DNA of 64,000 bases from Squalus acanthias (GCA_030390025.1 CM059433.1:21392001-21456000); one strand, 5' to 3'; counted from the first letter of the stretch, positions 12,716 to 24,671 are shown. Notes: generated by a model not told the origin, from the sequence alone. Numbers and translations are program-made.

Positions 12716-14160
12716 GGCCCAGAAATTAAAGACTGAGGGCTGGATTTTGTCTTGGGGTCGGGTTGGGGTCGTGTAATCCGCATTTCGTGTTTCCCCCCCG
12801 ACTCCAGATTAATGTGGATGCCTGATGCAATTTTCACTTAATTGGGCAATTGAGTTGCAGCATGTGGGAACCCATGAACTAATTAGTGTTTTCAGTCTGA
12901 AAGTCGCCTCTGATGATGTCATCATTGTCAACTGCCTAGTCTCAGAGACTGTTGGTGAGAGAGGACCTGCGTGGATGTGGAGAGAGAGAGAGAGAGAGAG
13001 ATCCTCCCAGGCAGTCTCTAAAGACATTCAATGCAGCAGCATCAAAGGCACTGTTCAGAACTAATACTACTACCACCTTCATCATATCTCCGTTATAATA
13101 GTGGACTTGCAGCCTGATAGACAGCTATCCACTTGTGCTCCCGCCAGGTTTCACTGGAGTGTTTCACACCAGGCGTGCTTCACGTCAAAAGAGGGTTAAA
13201 CTAGCTACAGCATTTCAAAATGGCATTACAGAGCCAATTTAGAGCTTGTTAAGGGCTTTAATGGCCTCTCCCGCCTCTTGGAGGCGGGACAGAATCGGGA
13301 ACCCCGCGACTGATTATGTCAAAATTGCGTGGAGGCGGGATGGAGTCGGGATAGGGTCGGAAACCCCGACCCCGCAAATTTAACCCCCCACACGCCTCCA
13401 AACCCGACTCCATGGGTCATTCAAAATCCAGCCCTGAGTGTTGACGCGGGGGTAAGGCTTCCCCGCGATATCTCACTCCGCGCCTACCTTTTTCCTCCGG
13501 GCCCACACGAACTTTAGTTTCAAGGCTGCAGCTGTGCAGTGCTTGCGTGACCCAGAGACGCATTTAGTTCGTGCGAGCTCTGGGATCACGTGATTCAGTT
13601 AGAGCCAATGTCAGCACACCATCTTTCATTCATAGTTTTGACAGGAAGACCTGTCAAAGCTATGAATAATATACCCCCCCAAAAGAACAGCTAAACCTCA
13701 ATTAAATTTAAAAAGAAGCCATCACATTAATAAAATAAGTATAGTTAAATAAATTAACCACTTTAAACAAAAAATTAAATTTTTGAAAAAATTTAAAATC
13801 TTTTTAAAAGTTATAAAAATAAACTTACCTTTCTTTAAAGTCTCTAAAAAAGATAAACCTGTTGAAAAAAATTTAAAATAATACTTAATTACCTACTTAC
13901 CTTGTTAAAAGAGGGTCTTACGCCTCCTTTCTTTATGTGTAAAATCTTCCATGCTTATCTGCGCGTTCAAAGCACTAAGTGCACTGCGTGCGCGCAGCCT
14001 GTAGTGCGCACGCGGTTCACCTAGGAACCGCCCCCTTTTGAATTCACGAAGTGCCGGTTTCCCGCGCATGCGCAGTGCATGCTGGAAACCGGCAATTGGA
14101 GACCTAAAACGCGAGAGTACACAGTGCGTACTCTCGCGTATTAGGTCTAATTTTCGGGCC
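12716..14160 (+). mobile_element. Harbinger-type MITE family C containing a nested family D MITE
   Basis: AAT|GGCCCAGAAATTA ... TAATTTTCGGGCC|AAT; AT-rich core with aaaataaacttacc. Confidence 0.85.
12737..13434 (-). mobile_element. Harbinger-type MITE family D (nested)
   Basis: Perfect 13-bp TIR GGGCTGGATTTTG/CAAAATCCAGCCC; TGA TSD; reverse complement of 47026-47790 (strand relative to that copy). Confidence 0.9.
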
Positions 14161-14824
14161 AATTAATTGCATGTGAGGTGCATTGAAATGTTTCTGAGAA
14201 ATAAGGCGCTATACAAATGCAAATATGTCTTTTTTTCACTCTTGTCAGAGTTAGAGAGTGAGACTCCAGATGGACAGGAATATGAAGCTACACTGTGCTG
14301 TGACCAATCACATTTAAAAAGGATAACCTAAGTTGGATAGTGGGAGTACTACTTCAATTAAAGCTTATTTTTATAAAAATTGTATATCCTTAAAAGATAT
14401 ATATTTTGAATTCCCAAGTTCTGACTGGAATGCCAATAATAATGATTCTGCCAACAATAAGTCCAAATTAATGCACGTGGCTTCTTTCAGTTAAAGATCA
14501 CAAACTTTAAGCTTCAAAAACACTGTTTAAAAATACATGTTTTTCTCTTGCTGTGGACTTGGAGATCTATTTAATCTCTGTTGGCGTAACCTTATTTTGA
14601 AAGAGTTACTCTAGTGTCTGAAGATTACAATGGAGACCCTTGCTGGTGTGTTAAGTAATAAATCACAGGCTGGGCAATGTCTGTACTTCTCAAGTGTTAA
14701 CTCTGGTCACCAGGCAAAGAGATTTGTTTTGTTTAATTTATTATTTTACCGTAAGGAGAAAAAAAATTAGTAGTTACTTTTCCTGGAGTGGTTGACCATA
14801 TACATTCCAATAAAAAAACACTAG

Positions 14825-15476
14825 GGGGAATTTTATCAATGGGGGCACGTTGGGGGCAGGACTGCTGCTTGTCGGGTTTCAGTCCCGCCCCCAACGACTT
14901 CTGGCCAACCCACGCTATTTTCCCTTGATTGACTTTGTTAAGCCCGCCCAGCAGGCTTAGCAGGCCAATTAAGGGAAAGCCGGTGACTGAGAACATCAGC
15001 GTATGATGTTTCATCTGTCAAAAATTTTTGATAGATGAATTGTCATCGTTTGACAGCTCTGTGAAGCGGTCAAACACTGACATTCTCTGTTCTTTGGTGA
15101 GTCCTTGTACTCAAGACTCACCAAACCTCATTCCTGAGCAGAAATCAGATGGCTATTGCATCGGAGAATGCAGCGGCCATTCTGTCATTTCTGCCGTGGA
15201 GATGAGGCACCTCCGGATCCTCAAGGGTTGAAGCCTGCAGGAAGAAACAAAGGTAAGGAAACTTTTTCTAACACTTTTCACTCACCTCCCATACTTACCT
15301 CTCCACACTTGCACCCATCACTCACCTCCACAGCGCACTTTTCGAACTCTCTGACCCCCGCAGACCCACTGCTCGCCTCGCTGACCCTGGCGGGGTTTCC
15401 CGACGTCGGGAAGCCTGCACTTGTGTTGGTAAAATGGGGATAAGTCTCTTAACTGCCTGTCACAGGTAAAATCAAC
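14825..15476 (+). mobile_element. Short diverged Harbinger family A-related element
   Basis: GGGGAATTTTATC start; shared gttaagcccgccc...ggccaattaagggaa module and acttacct motif; ends near GGTAAAATCAAC. Confidence 0.6.
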
Positions 15477-16161
15477 TGCTGTTCCTCTCAGGTCACTAAC
15501 AGTTGGAATGTCATGCTGGATCTACAGAATCATATATGACCTATTTTTCTTTCAATTTGTTTAAGCACACAAATAAGTTTATTTTTTAAATAGAAACTTA
15601 ATAAATATAAAAATTTGTACTTGATGCTGGTAATGTTAACTATGTTAAACCAACTGAGCCTGGTTTGAGATGAAAATATTGAATTAAATCTGTTTTCATT
15701 AGAATATAAAAATGCCATTGGTCTATACATCAGAAATGCTGATAGGGGATTGTATTTTGTCTGCATGCAACAATCTGAATCAAAACTGGTGTGCAATAAA
15801 TCTTTTTTAGAACACATATAGGAGAATATTTTTCTCAGAACGTAAACTGTTATCATAAAGGTCCAATGTTTAAACTGTTGAGGAAACCTGATAGTTCTCA
15901 TAAATTGTCAGCAAACTCATTTATTCTCACCTATACCTATATAAAAGAAGAGAAATAACAAAGCGGAGTGAAAAATTGCTCATTAAGCGCTTGTTAATGG
16001 TAATTATTGGAATGTGCTTAGTTAGGTTTTTTTTCTCTGATAGAGCAGTTGGAGCTTTCCGATGATAGACACAATTTGATTACGGTAATATTTTAACTAG
16101 CCAGACCTACTGTTAGTTTTCACACATCAGTGGAGCCATCCAAGGCTTATTGGAACATGCT

Positions 16162-17464
16162 GGGCTGGATTTTACCAACCCCGGCGGGTCTGTGGCGAGC
16201 AACGTCAGTGATGTGTTCCGGCCTCGCTGCTGGCGCCAGCCCGCTGTCCAAAATGAATTTCCCCTGATTGAGCTTGTTAAGCCCACCCAGCACATTTGAC
16301 GGCCAATTGAAGGAAACGTGACTGATGATGTCATTTGATGATGCTTCATCAGCCGGTTTCCTTAAAGGGACCATGCGCAGATTTATTTTGACAGTTGTGC
16401 TGTCAGCGTTCTACAGCATTGAGGTGCTGCAAACACTGTCAAGCACTGCACAGAGGTGCATGGTTGCACCCAGGCTCTCCCATGACTCCCTCCATATGCT
16501 TATGGAGGGAGTCACTGCACGCAGGGGGGTTATCTTCCCTTCCAATGGCCAGAAGAGACCTCCCCAGGAGACCAATGTGGGCTGGTTGCACATTGCGCAG
16601 GAGGACACAAGCAGGGATGTCGTCAGGACGACCAGACTACAGTGGCGCAAACCTTTCAATGATCTCAGTAGATCATGAAACGTTACTGCCCGGTGATGTT
16701 AATGTTGGGGCTGATCGTGGTGGAATTCTGAGGACCAAGGTGAGATGGTTTCAAGAACACCAATGCTGATGTAATAGTTGGCAGGTGAACCTGAGATGAC
16801 AGAAGCGATCTGTCAGTGGTGAGAGATGTTGTTCCAATGAGCTGACACTGGATAGAGAGTTTACTCCAAACACTTACAGCCTGCATAAAGCTCAATCTGT
16901 CTTCCAAATACAGTAAGCAACAGCCTCTGAGCTTGGAAAGTAACAGATGTGAGATGGGAGCTTTTATAGCACATTTGTAGCTGTCAAGTAATGAGATGAT
17001 TCCATGGCCATTGAACTCCTGACCTGCTTACCTGACGTGATCCTCGACCAGTGCAGACCCCATGGGTACCTGGTAAACTCTGAAAGTGAGCTCAAAATAG
17101 TTCTTACACAAATACAAAAAGAAAATACTGCAGATGCTGGAAAGCTGAAATAAAAACAGAAAATGCTGGAGATACTCAGCAGGTCAGACAGCATTTGTGA
17201 AGAGAGAAACAGAGTTAACATTTCAGGTCGATGATCTTTCGTCAGAACTGGAAAAAGTTCTTAATGGGCTGTTAACAAGGTCATAATGACCTGAATTGCC
17301 TCGCCCGCCGCTGCGTGACGGGTCTGCTCAGCGCTGACAGACCCGACATTTGGGAAAAGCGTGTGGCGGCGGGTTGACAGCGGGGTCCCGCCACCTGTCA
17401 AAAAAAAACATTTTCCCACCCCACCCGCCACCGATTACGCCACTGACCCCCCGAAAAATTCCCC
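16162..17464 (+). mobile_element. Non-autonomous Harbinger family A with open Myb/SANT-like frame; hosts a Penelope-type insert
   Basis: Ends GGGCTGGATTTT and AAAATTCCCC; ORF 16325-16678 contains APRLSHDSLHMLMEGVTARRGVIFPSNGQKRPPQETNVGWLHIAQEDTSRDVVRTTRLQWRKPFNDL. Confidence 0.85.
17106..17251 (-). mobile_element. Penelope-like terminal-repeat fragment with decayed minimal hammerhead motif
   Basis: Absent from other family A copies; flanked by a near-duplication (aaaatagttctta / aaaaagttctta); - strand reads AGTT-CTGACGA-A-AGATC-ATC-GACCT-GAAA-TGT-T-AACT. Confidence 0.7.
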
Positions 17465-18274
17465 TCACTGTCTGAAGAAATGTGCTTGCCGTTCGTAGGA
17501 TACAGGTGATGATCCTGCTGTCACATTCAACAAGACCCTTGCTCTTACACATGGTCATGTTGTCAGTCACCCACACTCTCGCACATGGCCCCCTGCAATC
17601 AGTCATATCCCCTGCTGTAAACATGACATCTACTTCTGATGTCAGACCGAGCATTGCCTCACCAAGCTACAGCATAGTATAAAATATATATCATTTTTTA
17701 TTTTTACGAACTGCAAAGTTAAAGGGAGCATATATAATGTAAATCACCTGGTCAGGCAACTGAGTTATCATGACCTGTTTCCACAATTTATTGTACAAAG
17801 GTACAAAAGAATTTGGGGCACTTTTAATGAAGCATTCTCACTTTCAGCAGTTTTTCTGCACTCCCTGTCAGAAGACCTCGAGTTTCCGATAGTCCAGAAA
17901 CTAAGCCTATTGTAATCCTGCCCCTCCCAGAGATCTGGGTGGATTAGTATAGATTCCAGTGCAACTGGCCCTCTTACTTTGCCTCTGGTAGCTCTGAAAG
18001 ATGGAAATACCAGTGCATCCCATTCGATTTGGTTGCAGGCTCCAAATTGAACTAAGTTTATTTACAGCAATTTAAACCAGTGAAAGCACATACAGAACAG
18101 CACAACTCAGCACAATGACTAATTATCAATCTCCCAGATCTCTGATGATGCAGTCTGTTCCTTCAACAGTAAATGGTATATTAGGCTAAATTTTCTGCTG
18201 GTGAACACTGCATTGAGATTAATGGGTGGCAAATTATCGGCTGTGTAGATGTGATTTTCTAATATGTGTGCCTG

Positions 18275-19397
18275 ATAGAAACATAGGAACAGACCTGGGG
18301 GTCCTTGTGCACCAGTCGTTGAAGGTAAGCATGCAGGTGCAGCAGGCGGTTAAGAAGGCAAATGGTATGTTGGCCTTCATAGCGAGAGGATTCGAGTACA
18401 GGAGCAAGGATGTCTTGCTGCAGTTGTACAGGGCCTTGGTGAGACCACACCTTGAGTATTGTGTGCAGTTTTGGTCACCTTATCTGAGGAAGGATGTTCT
18501 TGCCATCGAGGGAGTGCAGCGAAGATTCACCAGACTGATACCTGGGATGGCAGGAATGACGTATGAAGAGAGATTGGGACGATTGGGCTTGTATTCGCTA
18601 GAGTTTAGAAGAATGAGAGGGGATCTCATTGAAACTTATAAAATTCTAACAGCACTGGACAGACTAGATGCAGGAAGGATGTTCCCGATGGCGGGGGAGC
18701 CCAGAACCCGGGGCCACAGTCTAAGGATAAGGGGTAAGCCATTTAGGACTGAGATGAGGAGGAATTTCTTCACCCAGAGAGTGGTGAACCTGTGGAATTC
18801 TCTACCACAGAAGGCAGTTGAGGCCAATTCATTAAATATATTCAAGAAGGAGTTAGATATATTTCTTAAGGCTAAAGGGATCAAGGGATATGAGGAGAAA
18901 GCAGGGACAGGGTACTGAATTTGGATGATCAGCCATGATCTCATTAAATGGTGGAGCAGGCTCGAGGGGCCGAATGGCCTACTCCTGCTCCTATCTTCTA
19001 TGTTTCTATGTTTAACAGGAGTAGACCTTTTAGCGCCTCGAGCCTGTTCCGCCATTCAATGAGATCATGGCTGATCTGTGACCCAACTGCATATTCACGC
19101 CTTTGGCCCATATCCCTTAATACCTTTGGTTAACAAAAAGATATCAATTTCAGATTTAAAATTAACAATTGATCTAGCATCAATTGCCATTTGCAGAAGA
19201 GGTCCAAACTTCTAGCACCCTTAGTGTGTCGAAGTGTTTCCTAATTTCACTCCCGAAAGGTCTGGCTCTAATTTTTGGACTACGCCCCCAGTCCTAGAAT
19301 CCCCAACCAGCGGAAATAGTTTCTCCCGAGCTACCCTATCTGTTCCCCTTAATATCTTGAAAACTTTGATCAGATCACCCCTTAACCTTCTAAATTC
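18275..19397 (-). mobile_element. Antisense CR1 3' fragment, split by 18292-19013
   Basis: 19018-19397 is reverse-complement CR1 3' end; its tail microsatellite atagaaacatagg lies at 18275-18287. Confidence 0.82.
18292..19013 (+). mobile_element. 5'-truncated CR1 inserted in the tail of an antisense CR1
   Basis: Open frame DLGVLVHQSLK...GTGY*; AACA TSD at 18288-18291 and 19014-19017. Confidence 0.92.
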
Positions 19398-19399
19398 TT

Positions 19400-19593
19400 G
19401 CGATTGGACTGCACCGGATATTGGTTAGCACTTTGAGTGTAACGCCATTGAGCTAGACCATTAGCACTTGATTTAGCGCTCTCATCCTTTCTTTGAGCGA
19501 TGACACTGAATTTTGCGTGCAGCGAGATTCATTAGCGCCTGCCGCTAAATCTCAAACTTTTCAAACTCCTGGGCTATAATGAATTTCTCCCCC
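19400..19593. mobile_element. Harbinger terminal fragment
   Basis: Ends GAATTTCTCCCCC, the exact reverse complement of the 55632 left TIR; shares repeated ttagcgc motifs. Confidence 0.65.
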
Positions 19594-19884
19594 ATACACT
19601 TTAACATAAGTAATGTCATGTAATATCATTGCTATGCATGCCTTAACTGTGAGGAATGGGTTAGACTTTCCCTTCATTACACACTCAGAAGTGCAGTATC
19701 AAGCTGTGTGACATTATCATTTGGCCTTGTAAGCATAACATGACTGACATAGCTTTGCGCTGGGACACCTAAAGTAAATATAACTAACTCACCCTTTGAC
19801 ACCACCCCCCACCCGCCCCCGCCCCCACCGCCCCGAATTTTTTTTGGAAAAAATGGTTCAGTCAAAGTAAAACGGCAAATCGCA

Positions 19885-20252
19885 TTTACAGAATCACAGA
19901 ATCCCCACAGCACAGATAGAGGCCATTTCGGCCCATCGAGCCTGCACCGACACATATCCCACCCTATCCCTGTAACCCCACGTATTTAATCCCCCCTAAC
20001 ATATCCCACCCTATCCCCGTAACCCCACGTATTTAATCCCCCCTAACACTAAGGGTCAATTTATCATAGCCAAATCAACCTAACCCGCACATCTTTGGAC
20101 TGTGGGAGGAAACTGGAGCACCCGGAGGAAACCCACGCAGACACGGGGAGAATGTGCAAACTCCACACAGACAGTCACCCGGGGCCAGATTCGAACCCGG
20201 GTCCCTGGCGCTGTGAGGCAACAGTGCTAACCACTATGCCACCGTGTTGCCC
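19885..20252 (-). mobile_element. HE1-type V-SINE
   Basis: Reverse complement of 22348-22722 with two tandem units and an intact CR1-like tail. Confidence 0.9.
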
Positions 20253-21114
20253 AATTTAGAAAAATTGTTAGATGATTAACGCAAAAAAAATTAAAAAGTT
20301 ACTTGGAGCATGGGAAGAAAGCTACTCGCAATCGGCCGTGGCTGATTGAGGCTCTCAGAAAGACAAGGAATCGCTCCTCTCCAGATAGAACTACTAATAA
20401 GTCTTACAGAAATAAAAAGAAGTAAATAAATTCTGCCTGTACAGCAGTATCCGCAAATCGGAACAAATGTGAGGCACCCCGACTGACGAGAAGATGAACG
20501 CAAGAGGCCGCACGTTGGTTCCTGCCTGAGGGAATAATTATTCAATTAATGATGGGCCTGGATCCCCTGCCCCATATAATCTCCAAAGACTGAAGAAAAA
20601 CCCATTGAAACACCATCTCCACCACTTTCCTTACATTATATTAGATGAAGGCTGGCTCCAAATCTTGCCCATATAAACGAGGAGTGTTTGAAGTGGCAGT
20701 GAGTTGGTCGCTGTACTGCTGAATTGAAGTAATTTTTGATGGGGCAGTATATTACAAAATGTTTGGCCTTGGGAGAGGGAGTGTTCCTTCATTTTGTGGG
20801 CGCATGGGATTTTGAGGAGTTCTTCAGGGTTCCCATTTCTCGCTTGGAACCGTTCCACCTCTCCATCAGAGACAAAATGATCCACTGGCTGGGACTGCTG
20901 GTTAATCAACCTTCCAGGTAAATGTTGATGGTAGTGAATAAGGTGTAGGCTGAAGGAAGGTTAAATGTTGTACCTGATCTGAACTGGGGCTGTGCCTCCT
21001 GCTTTTCCATCTCCTCTCTCCTCATCCAGGTCACAGCTCTAATCGGTAAGAGAAGCTACCTTGGCTGTGCTTTCTGTGATCTTGTCTTCTCCCAACGACT
21101 CTCTGTGGGCAACA

Positions 21115-21226
21115 TGCTTTTATATACGTGTACAGCCAACACGTGCAGCTGCCTTGGAGAGGGATGTTTTGCCTTTAAGACTTAAGCAGCACAACAAATT
21201 CCCATCCTATTGGCTGAACACCAATG
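21115..21226 (-). promoter_or_regulatory. Candidate antisense Pol II promoter motif cluster
   Basis: - strand TATATAAAAG (21117-21126), adjacent E-boxes CACGTG and CAGCTG (21140-21151), two opposed CCAAT boxes (21209-21225). Motif evidence only. Confidence 0.3.
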
Positions 21227-21569
21227 CCCAGTTGGAAGTTCCACCCAGCACTTGCCAACTTCATGCAAAGAACCCAAACTCAAAAATATGAGCAGATTCA
21301 CGCACTTCAGATTTATGTGGCTGTGCAATATGTAAAGCCAACGTGTGCTCAGGGGGTCAGTGAGAACAGTGGGGCTGTGTGCTTTGCAAAATAAAGATGA
21401 CTGACTCAGCCCATTTATGTAATGAAGAATTTTTCCTCAAGATTATTTGCCGACAAAGAAAGATCATGCTTGTTAAAATGGGAAATATTTATGGAAAAAG
21501 CCACATTTTTGTCTCTTGACACAATTTAATGCAACTCTACCACTGGATTTAGGACACTCCATGAGGTTC

Positions 21570-22032
21570 ATAAGAACATAAGAACATAAGAAATAGGAGC
21601 AGGAGTAGGCCAATCGGCCCTTCGAGCCTGCTCCGCCATTCAATAAGATCATGGCTGATCTGATCCTCACCTCAAATCTAAAGAACACAAGAAGTAGGAG
21701 CACAACCCGGCCACTCAGCCCCTGGGCCCGCTACGCCACCCACAGGGCCTCGACCGATCCGAACTCAGCCTCATGTCCAATTTCCTGCCCGCTCCCCGTA
21801 ACCCCTAATTCCCTTTACTTCTAGGAAACTGTCTATTTGTGTTTTAAATTTATTTAATGATGTAGCTTCCACAGCTTCCTGGGGCAGCAAATTCCACAGA
21901 CCTACTACCCTCTGAGTGAAGAAGTTTCTCCTCATCTCAGTTTTGAAAGAGCAGCCCCTTATTCTAAGATTATGCCCCCTAGTTCTAGTTTCACCCATCC
22001 TTGGGAACATCCTTACCGCATCCACCCGATCA
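21570..22032 (-). mobile_element. CR1 3' fragment with tandem double tail
   Basis: ORF 21771-22025 (MFPRMGETRTRGHNL...NWT*); two successive 3' UTR-like segments; (TTCTTATG)n. Confidence 0.88.
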
Positions 22033-22347
22033 AGTTCATATTCAAGTGACAGGTTCCATCAGCTGGGAGCTGGTTGGAACAATCACTCGTCCACCCCTTA
22101 GAAGTGGCCTTAGGCCTGAAATATTTTGGAGCAGTTCGCCAATCAGAAAGGGAAATGGGCAATCTGACAGCTCCACAACAGAGCCAGCCAGTGCAGGTGA
22201 GTTAAGATGGGAGGGGGTCGTGATATTGAGGATTGGGCTGCAGAGGGTCAAGTATTTGATTCAGTTTTAATTTACGTTGCTCCTCCTGTCTGCATAAAAA
22301 TCACTTTAAGGCCTTTTCTTTTACTTTTTTAAGCAGCTGGCAGTAGT

Positions 22348-22722
22348 GGGGCAACACGGTGGCATAGTGGTTAGCACTGGTGCCTCACAGCGCCAGAGAC
22401 CCGGGTTCGAATCTGGCCTCAGGGTGACTGTCTGTGTGGAGTTTGCACATTCTCCCCGTGTCTGCGTGGGTTTCCTCCGGGTGCTCCGGTTTCCTCCCAC
22501 AGTCCAAAAATGTGCGGGTTAGGTTGATTTGGCTATGATAAATTGACCCTTAGTGTTAGGGGGGGATTAAATATGTGGGGTTACGGGGATAGGATATGTT
22601 GGGGGGAATTAAATACGTGGGGTTACGGGGATAGGATGGGATATGTTAGGGGGAATTAAATACGTGGGGTTACGGGGATAGGGTGGGATATGTGTTGGTG
22701 CAGGCTCGATGGGGATTCTGTG
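22348..22722 (+). mobile_element. HE1-type V-SINE (tRNA-derived)
   Basis: A box tggcatagtgg, B box ggttcgaatc, V domain gtggagtttgcacattctccccgtgtctgcgtgggtttcc; three ~47-bp 3' tandem units; followed by a CR1 tail fragment to about 22850. Confidence 0.9.
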
Positions 22723-24249
22723 TGAGAAAGCAGGGACAGGGTGCTGGATTTGGATGATCAGCCATGATCGTATTGAATGGTGGAGCAGGCTCGACGGGCC
22801 GAATGGCCTACTCCTGCTCCTAGTTTCTATGTTTCTATGTTTCTATGTTTGCCCGCTCAACACCAAGTACCAATGGACGGAGCATGGTGTTTCAAAATTT
22901 CATCAGGGTCCTATTGGCATCATAGGACCCTGAGTTGTGTGGCACACAGCTTTTTTCCAGCGGGTGCCTGGGCCACCCATTTCAAGGCCTCCACCAAAAT
23001 GGCAGAGACACGGATGGTGGCAGGAATGGGGCGGTAAGTACTGCCCTGCCATTTTCATCATGCTACCATCTCATTCCCACCCACTGGGGTGATGTACAAC
23101 GGCTTCAGCAGTGCGTAAAATTTTGGGTCCGGGTGTGTGTCTGGGACATGAACCTACCAGCCACTTGTCAGCTGTTTTCTTGGGGTTGAATCAGAAGATC
23201 TCACATGAAGAACGAAAATGAGACTCAGCCCATCGCACTGCCAATTCATGTCAGTTGATCGACGGAGGCATTGATCTGGAGCTTCATGATTCAAGACACA
23301 CATTTACGTTTTCTTTTTCAACTGATGGAAGAGGCAGTGGGGAGTATAGAAAACAAAGGGGGAACTAAATATGAGAGCTGTTCTTCAAAGAAAATGTCAG
23401 TTTATTTAGGACCAGTTACAAATGGATTAACATTAATGACATCAAATACTGTGTTTGTGAGATCCTACTAATTGAATATACACCAGGAACAGCGGTAAGT
23501 GTTACACATTATCTGAGTTAATGCCAGACAAACATCTAATCCTCGCAGATCAATCCATAGATTTGTGTAAACCCTGAGAAATACTTTGTTTCACTGGCTC
23601 ACTGCCTCAATTGGAAGTTTTTGACAGACTGAAAGGCCTGCTCAGAAGAGCTTAGTTATTGTATCACCACTTTATTTTCATTGAAAGCTGAACTAAAATG
23701 AAAGAGTAAGTTGTGACAAACACAATCAATAATGCAATGAAATCCATGGAATGCACTTTCCTGATGGATTTCTCCTAACTGTCCATGATTCATTCGGTCT
23801 CTTTTGGAATGGAGGAAGATTAAGCATGTCAGCCGAAAGACGAGCAGCGTGATGGCTCTCTGTTTGGCACTTGCTGTCTCGTGACTCGGCCCAATCTCTT
23901 TTACCCTTTCCTCGCCACTATGCTGTGCAATATGCACGTGCTTCTTCCAGCCCCTCTCGTCCCATAAACCCCAAGATGCTCTTACATGGTCTGGTGTTGA
24001 GTGTAGATGGTGACGCTGGGAGCCCTGGTGTGTGGTGATACTTTAGTTCTGGCTGCATCCCGCTGGTTCCTGAACCATCATCTGTGAAGACAATCGAAGG
24101 CCGATTTATACGTGTATTATGTTCTCTTTGCCAGTTCACCATTGCCTTTTAAAGTAACAATGTGTAACATTGATTGAGCAGTTCATGTTCGTTGCTCTGC
24201 AACTCAATGGAAGGTAGCAGTAATTTGAAACATACTAGCTGTTTTAAAA

Positions 24250-24665
24250 ATTAATTCTTAGGATGTTGCCATTGCTGACAAGGCTGGCATTTATTGCTTA
24301 TCCATAGTTGTCCTGAAAAGGTGGTGGTGGGCCGCCTTCTTGAACTGCTTTAGCGCTTTGATATAATTGAGTAGCTTGCTAGGCCATTTCAGAGGGCAGT
24401 TAAAAGTCAACTACGTTGGTGTGGGTCTGGAGTCACACATAGTTCCAGACCAGGTAAGGACTTCAGATTTCCTTCCCTAAAAGGACATTACCGAACCAGT
24501 TGGCTTTTTGTGACAATCCGACAGCTGCATGGTCACATCACAGTGAACACCAGCTTTATTTTTCCAGATTTTCTTAAAAACTGAATTCAAATTCTCAAAT
24601 TGCCACAGTAGCGTCTGAATTATTAGTCCAGGCCTCTTGGTTACTAGTTCAGTAACGTAACCACT
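24250..24665 (-). mobile_element. Short retroposon sharing the second LINE family tail
   Basis: Homologous to 52535-52880 and to 9860-10058 plus 11845-12000 (reverse). Confidence 0.65.
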
Positions 24666-24671
24666 ATGCTA

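Noticed and set aside
16325..16678. Host Myb/SANT gene (NAIF1/MSANTD-like)
   Set aside because: Multi-copy, TIR-bounded, frameshifted in sister copies, and the ORF start falls in the promoter palindrome.
22348..22420. tRNA-like sequence (also 20180-20252, 52062-52135)
   Set aside because: These are SINE heads continuing into SINE bodies, not tRNA genes.
22558..22697. Repeat array superficially like CRISPR
   Set aside because: Head-to-tail units without unique spacers inside a vertebrate SINE.
23410..23494. ag...gtaagt bounded 85-bp candidate exon
   Set aside because: The only open frame (TSYKWININDIKYCVC...) has no CUB or sushi similarity and its phase does not fit the expected upstream exon; at most a cryptic exon.
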